64,000 nt of DNA from Nitrospirota bacterium (lineage in GTDB: Bacteria; Nitrospirota; UBA9217). The stretch lies in the NCBI GenBank assembly GCA_963749655.1, contig CAVVOB010000030.1:128001-192000 (forward strand), given 5' to 3'. This document shows positions 9,435 through 17,186 of this stretch, piece after piece. Both the position numbers and the translations under genes were made by a program. Position 1 is the stretch's first letter. Each line of letters opens with the position of its first letter. The notes below the pieces were generated by a model. That model had not been told where the DNA came from, ran no database searches, and saw only the letters and a list, made by a program, of their open reading frames with translations.

Positions 9435-9631
9435 AAATAATATATGAACAATATCTGGTGCTTTCCCAGGAGAGTGGTCAAAGGGACTGCCGTATTCTGA
9501 ACACTTGACTGTCGGATTGACACCGTTTCCGACTGTCGTACGATGACCGGCATTGGACTTGGGGGGGAAGTGCTGGGCGTAGGAACGGGGCAGGGGCGGC
9601 AGGGCCCGATGTTTAAAAGTTTCTTCCGATG

Positions 9632-10561
9632 TTACAGAAGTTCGATGACCGATGCGGCAAAAAGGGGAAACATGATCTCATGATGTCCGGTAAGCGCAAA
9701 GCCCCGGCCGCCGCCCTGAGTCGGACGGCGTACCACGTTGGTGTTCGGCCGGTAATGCTGGACAAAGTCCATGTTTACGGTGGTGAAGTGCTGCAGGGGC
9801 GTGCCGAGGTTCCGCACAAGAGTTACGGCTTTGAGGAATATTTCGGGCAGGAGCACGGCAGAGCCGAGGTTGATGTAAACGCCGCCTTCGAGGCCGGACA
9901 CGAGAGAGCAGAAGGCGGAATAGTCGCGGTGCGCGGCGGCTCCCGTCGCCCTGCCGTCGAAGGAAGGGTGCATGTGTATGATATCAGTACCGAGCGCGAC
10001 GTGGACCGTCACGGGAACGCCCAGCCTGCGGCCGGCAGCAAGAAGGCTTTTGTCCTTGTAGGGAAATGCGCTTTCCTCGACCATTTTTCCGACAGCCGCG
10101 CCGATGCCCTCGTCAGGTCCGGCGGTATTGATCGCCTGGTTGATCATGGTGCCGGTTTCCTCGGCCATGCCGAAGGCGCCCGACAGGATCTCCCGGTCGA
10201 CGTCCTCGGAGGTCTGGCCGATGAAGGCGAGCTCGAAGTCGTGGATAATGCCCGCGCCGTTGAGGGAAAGGCTCGTTACGATCCCGCGCTCCATCAGATC
10301 GATGATCACGGGGCTCAAGCCGACCTTGATGGCATGAGCTCCCATGCCGAGCATGACCGGCCGCCCGTCCCTCCGCGCCTGGACCACGGCGGCAACGACG
10401 TCCTTGAAGTGCTTTGACGCGAGAATGCCGGGCAGGGATGCGAAGAAATCGGCGAAGCTTCCGCCCTTTTTGTGGGGCCGCGCGAAATCATTGATCCGCA
10501 CCTTGCTTTCGCGGCCCTTGATGGAGTAGGTTTTTATCCGGGTCAGGTCAAGTTTTTTCAT
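9632..10561 (-). CDS. Conserved protein, deoxyhypusine-synthase-like fold
   Basis: MGAHAIKVGL, NGAGIIHDFE, GTDIIHMHP, NLGSAVLLPEIFLKA, GHHEIM; co-oriented downstream of gmhA. Confidence 0.7.
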   Translation of the reverse strand: MKKLDLTRIKTYSIKGRESKVRINDFARPHKKGGSFADFFASLPGILASKHFKDVVAAVVQARRDGRPVMLGMGAHAIKVGLSPVIIDLMERGIVTSLSLNGAGIIHDFELAFIGQTSEDVDREILSGAFGMAEETGTMINQAINTAGPDEGIGAAVGKMVEESAFPYKDKSLLAAGRRLGVPVTVHVALGTDIIHMHPSFDGRATGAAAHRDYSAFCSLVSGLEGGVYINLGSAVLLPEIFLKAVTLVRNLGTPLQHFTTVNMDFVQHYRPNTNVVRRPTQGGGRGFALTGHHEIMFPLFAASVIELL

Positions 10562-10566
10562 TGCGG

Positions 10567-11145
10567 TCAGCGCACCCCGCCGAACAGTTCCTCGTCCACG
10601 AGCTGGCAGATGGTGTGGCCGAGCGTGATATGGGTTTCCTGGATGCGCGGCGTGGATTTGGTCGGGACCACGAAGGTGAAGTCAGCGAGGTTTGCCATCT
10701 TGCCGCCCGTTCCGCCTGTGAGCACGACCGTCCGCATGCCGTTCTTTTTCGCCACTTCGATCGCCTTCAGCACGTTCGGAGAGTTGCCGCTCGTACTGAA
10801 GCCGATCACTACATCGCCTTCATGGCCCAGCGCGGTCAACTGTTTCGAGAACACCTGGGAATAGTCGTAGTCGTTGCTGATGCTCGTGAGAACGGCGGTG
10901 TCGGTGTTCAGCGCGATGGCCGGCAGCGGCGGACGTTCCATGAGAAAGCGGTTCACGAACTCGGCCGCGATGTGCGACGCATCCATGGCGCTGCCCCCGT
11001 TGCCGAAAAGGATGACTTTCTTTCCTTCCCGGAACGCCTGGGCGATCAGCTGGACCACTTCAGCGATCTTGTCTGCATTTTCCTTCGCGAACCTTACTTT
11101 TACCTGGGCGCTGTCTTCGAATACTGAAATGATCGTCTGTTTCAT
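10567..11145 (-). CDS. gmhA: D-sedoheptulose-7-phosphate isomerase
   Basis: FGNGGSAMDASHIAAEFVNRF, STSGNSPNV, TPRIQETH. Confidence 0.95.
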   Translation of the reverse strand: MKQTIISVFEDSAQVKVRFAKENADKIAEVVQLIAQAFREGKKVILFGNGGSAMDASHIAAEFVNRFLMERPPLPAIALNTDTAVLTSISNDYDYSQVFSKQLTALGHEGDVVIGFSTSGNSPNVLKAIEVAKKNGMRTVVLTGGTGGKMANLADFTFVVPTKSTPRIQETHITLGHTICQLVDEELFGGVR

Positions 11146-11404
11146 GGGTTGCTCCTGGGAACGCACGGCGGAATGAGGGCTTTATTATATGGCAAGGTGC
11201 ATAAATGTCAAGACGAAAAGAATTGCCTGCGGCAAGCGGGGAAAAGCAGGGCCCCGGCGCTGCCGTTCGGCACCGGGGCTTGTGGAGGGGAAAATCCGCT
11301 GCTGTCCGGAAGGCGACATCCGGGTGCGCCGGGCAGCGGCAGATCGACAGGTGTCGTTGGTTTACATATAACATGTTTTTATGGTTTTGTCAAGATTAAA
11401 TGTT

Positions 11405-12223
11405 CTAAGGGCGGGCGGCGTCTGCGGCTTCTTCTGGAAAGAGGGCAGCGGCGAGCCTGCCGAACTCTTCGAGCGACAGGGTTTCGGCCCGGCGTCCGAG
11501 GTCGATGCCCGCGGCCGCCTGAACGTTGTCCATTCTTTCCCGGGGAGCATCGAGCTGTTTGAGGGAGTTTCTGAGGGTTTTTCGGCGCTGGGAAAAAGCG
11601 GCCTTCACCACGCGGAACATAACTTCCTCGCTGCACTGCGGTAGCGGGGGGGTGTCGCGCATCATGAGCGTGACCACGGTCGAGTCCACTTCGGGCTGGG
11701 GAGTGAAGCAGCCCGGCGGCACGTTGAACTCTATCCGGGGAACGGCGTAGTACTGCACAAGCACGGAGAAATATCCGTAGTCCTTGCCTCCCGGCGGCGC
11801 GGCTATCCGCTCGGCCACTTCTTTCTGGAGCATGAGCGTCAGGCTGATGAAGGTCCGGCGGTTCTGGACGAGGCGCTGGATTATGGGCGTGGAAATATAA
11901 TAGGGCAGGTTTGCGACGACCTTCCACCGTCCTTGCAGCGAGGCGTAGTCGAACTCGAGGGCATCGGCATGGAGCAACTCGAAACCGTCCCGTGCGGCGA
12001 ATTCGCGCCTCAGGCCGTCAATGAGGCGGTCGTCCACCTCGATGGCGAGAACCCGTCGCGCCCGCTCCGCAAGCACGTGCGTAAGATGGCCGAGACCCGG
12101 TCCGATCTCGAGGACCTGGTCGTCGGAGCAGATCTGCGCCGCGTCGGCAATCCGTTTGAGATAGTGGGGGTCCCTGAGAAAGTTCTGTCCCAGCGATTTT
12201 TTTGCGCGGATATTGTCAAGCAC
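11405..12223 (-). CDS. rsmA: 16S rRNA m6,2A dimethyltransferase
   Basis: AKKSLGQNFL, LEIGPGLG, VANLPYYISTP, MLQKEVAERI, AFSQRRKTLRN; GTG start 6 nt after extended -10. Confidence 0.95.
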   Translation of the reverse strand: MLDNIRAKKSLGQNFLRDPHYLKRIADAAQICSDDQVLEIGPGLGHLTHVLAERARRVLAIEVDDRLIDGLRREFAARDGFELLHADALEFDYASLQGRWKVVANLPYYISTPIIQRLVQNRRTFISLTLMLQKEVAERIAAPPGGKDYGYFSVLVQYYAVPRIEFNVPPGCFTPQPEVDSTVVTLMMRDTPPLPQCSEEVMFRVVKAAFSQRRKTLRNSLKQLDAPRERMDNVQAAAGIDLGRRAETLSLEEFGRLAAALFPEEAADAARP

Positions 12224-12291
12224 GGACGTATAGTAACACCAAAGCGGTTGTTTGAAAACCGATATTATGGGTTGCAGCGCTTCCGGGGAAG

Positions 12292-12461
12292 CCAATCCCG
12301 CGCCTTGGCATCCCCCGGCTCCTGCCGGGGGTGGAAGCGCTCGCGCGTGACACGAACGTGTCATGCATGCGTGAGTTCGCAGTTCCACCTGGCACTCCGT
12401 GCATACGCTCGTAGCGGCAGGCGGCGCGGTACTCCGGCTCCTGCCGGAGGGGGCTCCACTT
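12292..12461. repeat. Structured repeat element, copy A (full length, two CCGGCTCCTGCCGG hairpins)
   Basis: Aligns with 30717-30910, 13825-13874 (reverse) and 62870-62912. Confidence 0.8.
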
Positions 12462-12613
12462 TCCAGCCTCCAGGGTTTTTGCCCCGGTCTCGTTGCACCG
12501 ATATAGCGGTCGGTTTTTAACTTGACATTGTCTATATACTTAGTATACTTATACCCAGGAAACGTGCGCGGGGCCTTTGATTTAACGATTTGCACAGTCG
12601 GAAAGGAGACAGT

Positions 12614-12811
12614 ATGGGCAGGATCGGGGTACAGGAAACGGTCGAAGCGGCAAAGGATTTTAAAGAGGAAATACTCGAAATCATACCGGATATCCCCCGC
12701 GGGAAACTTTCCGAAATGGTGGACCGCTACGTCCATTATCAGCAGGCGGAAGTCGGGAAGGATGAAGCGCACCGGACAGGTGAGGAAACGTGCACAAAGA
12801 AATGGCGTTGA
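12614..12811 (+). CDS. Small hypothetical protein
   Basis: AAGGAG upstream of ATG 12614; TTGACA/TATACT-like promoter at 12522-12549. Confidence 0.5.
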   Translation: MGRIGVQETVEAAKDFKEEILEIIPDIPRGKLSEMVDRYVHYQQAEVGKDEAHRTGEETCTKKWR

Positions 12812-13020
12812 AAGTAGCGCGATTCCCCGGTCCGGGGAAAATACGGCGTCCGCCTGGAAAGGCTCAGAGGCTGCTTCTCTGAGCCTTTCGATTGTTGCGT
12901 GGCAGCTGCGCAGCCGATCGTCCGAAAGCGAAGGTCATGAGACCCGGGAGACTGCGTAATCGTAAAAAGCAGGCAATGTTCCAGCCTGCTTTTCGTACCA
13001 ACGAAATGCTTCCAGCCCTG

Positions 13021-13677
13021 TCAGGGGAACACCGCCCCCTGTGCGGCGCCGTGGCTTGTCGCGGCATCGTAGGAATCTTGTGCTTTGAGCAACGCATCCA
13101 TTCTCGACTTGCTCAGGGAATGCACTGCCCGGTCCAGCTCTTCGCAGGAGCGGGTCGGGGGCAGTTCGGCGACAGCGCGAGTCAGGTCGTCGGCCGCCTG
13201 CACTGCCTGGTCACGGTGCCCCTTTTCATGAAGCATGAGCTTCTCCACGTAGTCGGTCCATTTTTTTTCAAGCGATCGTGAAGCATCGGCTGTCCGGACC
13301 CACTTAGGCACATGAAAGACGACATCAACGGTCACGCGAAAAGACCCGGTGGTACAAGTCCCGGGCCTGCGGTTGTAATCATAATTCCATTTCACTTTCC
13401 AATTGGTCACGGAATCGTACTTCTTCCCGTCCGTCCAGGCGATGCATTTTTTCTTCAAATCGCCCTGGACGTCCTTTTCGCAGCCGCCGCAGACCTCGTA
13501 GTACTCGTATTTTTCGTTCACCTGCGGTTGAAGCACGCTGTTTTTCAGATCGCCGGCAGCAGCGTCGGGGACGTCCGCGGAAAAGGACTTCCCGTCGACT
13601 GCTCCCGCGGCAGCGGTTACGACCGTGCATAAACAGAACGCAAATATTCCACTGACTATCAGCCGGTCTCTTATCAT
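13021..13677 (-). CDS. DUF922-like secreted Zn-dependent protease
   Basis: Signal peptide, HEKGH (HExxH), YDAATSHGAAQGA C-terminus. Confidence 0.8.
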   Translation of the reverse strand: MIRDRLIVSGIFAFCLCTVVTAAAGAVDGKSFSADVPDAAAGDLKNSVLQPQVNEKYEYYEVCGGCEKDVQGDLKKKCIAWTDGKKYDSVTNWKVKWNYDYNRRPGTCTTGSFRVTVDVVFHVPKWVRTADASRSLEKKWTDYVEKLMLHEKGHRDQAVQAADDLTRAVAELPPTRSCEELDRAVHSLSKSRMDALLKAQDSYDAATSHGAAQGAVFP

Positions 13678-13824
13678 ACCTGGTTGCTCCGAACACTATT
13701 TGATATTACGACTGCGGGATGCCGTATTCAACAGGGAAAAGCGGTGATTGAGAAATTCGGGAGGCGACGATCAGACCGGGACCGCTTCGGGAATGCCGGT
13801 GAGGAAAAAAATCGGACTAGTGTG

Positions 13825-13874
13825 AAGTGGAGCCTCCTCCGGCAGGAGCCGGGGGATGCAAGGCGCGGGATTGC
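13825..13874 (-). repeat. Structured repeat element, copy C (single-hairpin short form)
   Basis: Reverse complement gcaatcccgcgccttgcatcccccggctcctgccggaggaggctccactt joins left and right ends of copy A. Confidence 0.8.
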
Positions 13875-13881
13875 CGAGGGT

Positions 13882-14719
13882 CTACACCTGCATCCGCGGA
13901 TCGAGCTTGTCACGGAGGAAATCCCCGAGGATGTTGAAGCTGATCACGGTAATGCTGATGGCGAGGCCGGGGAAGATGACCATCCAGGGAGCGGAGTTGA
14001 TGTAGGCGCGGTTCAGGCTGATCATGGAGCCCCAGGTCGGCGTTGGCGGCTGCACGCCGAGTCCGAGGAAGGACAGAGCGGCCTCCAGGAGAATGAACCC
14101 GCCCACGCGCAGACTGCCCGCCACAAGGATGAGCGGAAGTGCGTTCGGCAGGATGTGGCGGTACAGGATGCGGCCGGTTGAAGCGCCGAGCGCCCGCGAT
14201 GCTTCCACATAAGTCTGCTCCTTCAGCGAAAGCGTGATGCCCCGGACGAGCCTGGCGAACCCCGCCCAGCCCACGAGGGTGATGGCGAGCATGGCCGAAA
14301 GAAGGCCCGGCGGCATCACGGCGCTGATGCCGATGGCGAGAAGCAGGCTGGGAAAGGCCAGAAAAACATCGAAGACCTGCGAGAGCAGCGTGTCGGTCCT
14401 GCCGCCAAAGTAACCGGCGATCAGGCCGAAGAAGATGCCGATGCCTAGGGACAGCCCCGAGGCCGCAATGCCGACGGTGAGGGAAATGCGGCTGCCGTAG
14501 ACCATGCGGGCGAGAATGTCCCTGCCCTTGCTGTCGGTGCCGAGAAGATGGTCCCCGCCCGGCGGCTGCTTCAGATTGTCCAGGTCCATTGCCAGCGGAT
14601 CATGGGAAACAATAAAGGGTCCGGCCATGGCCGTGGCGACGAGCAGGACCAGAACCATCACTGCAATGGCCGCAGGGACATTGCCGGTCAGAATCTTTTA
14701 AGGAGAGGTCATCGAGCAT
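13882..14719 (-). CDS. Peptide ABC transporter permease (OppC/DppC-like); apparent +1 frameshift near 14700
   Basis: LGTDSKGRDILAR, YVEASRALGA (EAA loop), HILPN, EAALSFLGLG.QPPTPTWG. Confidence 0.88.
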
Positions 14720-14757
14720 GGTATTGTGTGCTCATCATCAGGCAGCTTCCAGGAGAA

Positions 14758-14808
14758 AGCTGACCGCTGAACGCCTTGGCTGAATGCTGACAGTTGATCG
14801 CTGAGAGC
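14758..14808. repeat. Heptamer array (GCTGANN)n between the ABC permease genes
   Basis: gctgacc gctgaac ... gctgaat gctgaca gttgatc gctgaga. Confidence 0.65.
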
Positions 14809-14816
14809 ATTTTCTT

Positions 14817-15749
14817 TCACTCCTGCTTCACCCTTACCCGGGGATCGAGAAAATGGTAGGAAATATCCACGAGAAGGTTCATGGCAACGAATACCGTCGC
14901 TCCGAAGAGCACTACTCCCATGATCACGGGGTAGTCCCTCTTGATGATGCCGTCCAGGGCATAGCGGCCCAGGCCGTCCCATCCGAAGATGGTCTCGGTC
15001 AAAACAGCGCCGTTCAAATAAGAGCCGAGGTCCAGGCCGATGAGCGTGACAACGGGAATGAGCGAATTTTTGAGCGCGTGCTTGAGAACCACGTCTTTTT
15101 CCGGCAGTCCCTTTGCGCGGGCGGCTGCAACATAGGGCTGGGACAGCGTTTCAAGCATGGATGAGCGCGTCACCCGGACAATGTAGGACAGGGAGAACGT
15201 GCCGAGCGTCGCCGCGGGAAGGATAAGGTAAATAAGGCTGCCGTTGCCCATGCCCGAGGGCGGCAGCCACTGCAGGTAGAGTGCGAATATGAGCATAAGC
15301 GCGAGGCCGAGCCAGAACACGGGAATGGAAATTCCGCCCACGGAAAAAAGGGTCACGGCGCGGTCCCAGAAGGTGCCGTACTTGACCGCCGACAGGACCC
15401 CCAGGCTGATGCCGAAAATCGATGCGAAGAGCATCGCCGCAAGAGCGAGCTTCATAGTGTTCGGAAATTTCTGGAGCAGGTCTTCGCTGATCTTTCTGTT
15501 CGTGTAGATCGACCGTCCCAGCTCGCCGGTGGTGATGTCCCGGAGGTAGTTCAGGTATTGAAGAGCGGCTGGCTTGTCCTGGCCGAGCACGGCGCGAATG
15601 CGCGCGATGGTCTCGGCGGACGCCCGTTCGCCGGCCATGCTCGTGACGGGGTCGCCGGGCAGCGATTTCATCAGAATGAACGTTATCAGTGATATGCCGA
15701 GCAGGGTGGGGATGAAGAGAAGAATTCTTTTGATGATGTACCGGGTCAT
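14817..15749 (-). CDS. Peptide ABC transporter permease (OppB/DppB-like)
   Basis: LPGDP, SIPVFWLG, YVAAARAKGL, HALKNSLIPVVT, TETIF.WDGLG, RDYPVIMG. Confidence 0.92.
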   Translation of the reverse strand: MTRYIIKRILLFIPTLLGISLITFILMKSLPGDPVTSMAGERASAETIARIRAVLGQDKPAALQYLNYLRDITTGELGRSIYTNRKISEDLLQKFPNTMKLALAAMLFASIFGISLGVLSAVKYGTFWDRAVTLFSVGGISIPVFWLGLALMLIFALYLQWLPPSGMGNGSLIYLILPAATLGTFSLSYIVRVTRSSMLETLSQPYVAAARAKGLPEKDVVLKHALKNSLIPVVTLIGLDLGSYLNGAVLTETIFGWDGLGRYALDGIIKRDYPVIMGVVLFGATVFVAMNLLVDISYHFLDPRVRVKQE

Positions 15750-15829
15750 GTGAGTGCAATCTTACACAATTCGTTCCGAATCCGCAACGGGAAAAGGAAA
15801 ACAGGCAGCGCCGACTTCTCCTTCGGTCG

Positions 15830-16147
15830 TTACTTTACCTTCACCTTCTTGTTCAGGGTCCCTATCTTTTCGATGATTTTCCCCGTTTCCGGAAGGTCCG
15901 ATTTCGCATTTCCCGGCGCGTCGATGCCTTCGAAAAAGGTCGCTCCCCAGAGGTTGTAGTACTCGAGAATGTCCAGGCAGTCATTGCCCACAGCGGACCC
16001 GTACCGGATATGATAAATATCGCCGTTCTGGAAATAGATCCGCACCAGGTCCTCGCTCGTTTCCACAATGCTCACATAGAGCGCGCCGGACTTTTTTCCG
16101 TCATGCAGCTCCTGCAGTACCTCAGCAAACAATCGTTCCTGGGCCAT
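15830..16147 (-). CDS. Hypothetical protein (DUF4388-like)
   Basis: KKSGALYV....VRIYFQNGDI pattern; GGAG RBS. Confidence 0.6.
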   Translation of the reverse strand: MAQERLFAEVLQELHDGKKSGALYVSIVETSEDLVRIYFQNGDIYHIRYGSAVGNDCLDILEYYNLWGATFFEGIDAPGNAKSDLPETGKIIEKIGTLNKKVKVK

Positions 16148-16164
16148 GGCGATCTCCTGCTGCG

Positions 16165-17085
16165 TTATGGTTGTTTTGTGGACACCGGTCTGTCGCTCCG
16201 GGGACGGATGAATTTTTCGAGACCGTCCCGGAACGTTATCGGCTCAATGCCGAAGGCGTCGCGGATATCGCGAAGGCTGCAGATGTTGTCTTCCTGAAGC
16301 ATGATCAGCTGGTCCGTGGTGACCGGGGGCGCGGGAAGAACGGTTTCGAACATGCGGGCCATGGTCTTCACGAGCAGCAGGGGCAGGTGGACCGGGGGCC
16401 GTTTCACCCCCATGGCTTCGGCAATGGCATGGAAGACCTCTTCATAGGTGAGCTGTTCCGGGCCGCCGATCTCGTAAATCTCGTTCAAACAGCAGTCGCC
16501 CGCCACGGCCGTCGCAATGCATTCGGTGACGTCATCGATATAAATGGGTTGGATCTTTGATGTTCCGCTGCCGATGACGGGCAGAACGGGCGAGAGCTTC
16601 AGCATGTCCGAAAGTCTGATCGTGAACTGATCGCCGGGTCCGTAGATGAGCGAGGGCCGCAGGATGGTGAAGGGGATGGTGCTTGCCCGGACGAGTTCCT
16701 CGGCTTCCCACTTGGTCTTGTGGTACGCGCTCTTCGCCCCCGGTCTGGTGCCGAGGGCGCTCTGGTACAGGAACTGGCGGACGCCCGCTTTCCTGGAAGC
16801 CCCGAGAAGATTGCGCGTGCCGTCCACGTGGACACCCCGGAACGTCGCGCCGGTCGTTTCCTGAATGATGCCCACCAGATGGACCACGCGCTCGCATCCG
16901 GCAGCGGCCTGCTCGAGCGAAGCAGCATCAGCCATGTCTCCCTGAACGACGTCCACACCCAGGTCTTTGAGCGGCTGGGCCTTGAACGGGTTTCTGACAA
17001 CGACCCGCACGGCAATATCGTCTTTGCGCAGACGACGGATCAGATGGGTGCCGACAAATCCCGTCCCGCCGGTTACGAGTATCAT
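16165..17085 (-). CDS. NAD-dependent epimerase, complex I NDUFA9-like
   Basis: LVTGGTGFVG, VHLVGII, SALG, YHKTKWEAE, RPSLIYG. Confidence 0.9.
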   Translation of the reverse strand: MILVTGGTGFVGTHLIRRLRKDDIAVRVVVRNPFKAQPLKDLGVDVVQGDMADAASLEQAAAGCERVVHLVGIIQETTGATFRGVHVDGTRNLLGASRKAGVRQFLYQSALGTRPGAKSAYHKTKWEAEELVRASTIPFTILRPSLIYGPGDQFTIRLSDMLKLSPVLPVIGSGTSKIQPIYIDDVTECIATAVAGDCCLNEIYEIGGPEQLTYEEVFHAIAEAMGVKRPPVHLPLLLVKTMARMFETVLPAPPVTTDQLIMLQEDNICSLRDIRDAFGIEPITFRDGLEKFIRPRSDRPVSTKQP

Positions 17086-17186
17086 GTGTACCTCCTGATA
17101 CCGATCGAAGCATCATCAAAGTGCAGACGCAACAAATTCACGTTACCGCAGAGATCACAAGAGCGAGGAGCTTTTAAAAAGTCATA

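Noticed and set aside
12224-12772. N-terminal extension of RsmA, and the shared peptide [12 protein letters not shown] also seen in the ATPase ORF extension
   Set aside because: Both are chance translations through copies A and B of the non-coding repeat element.
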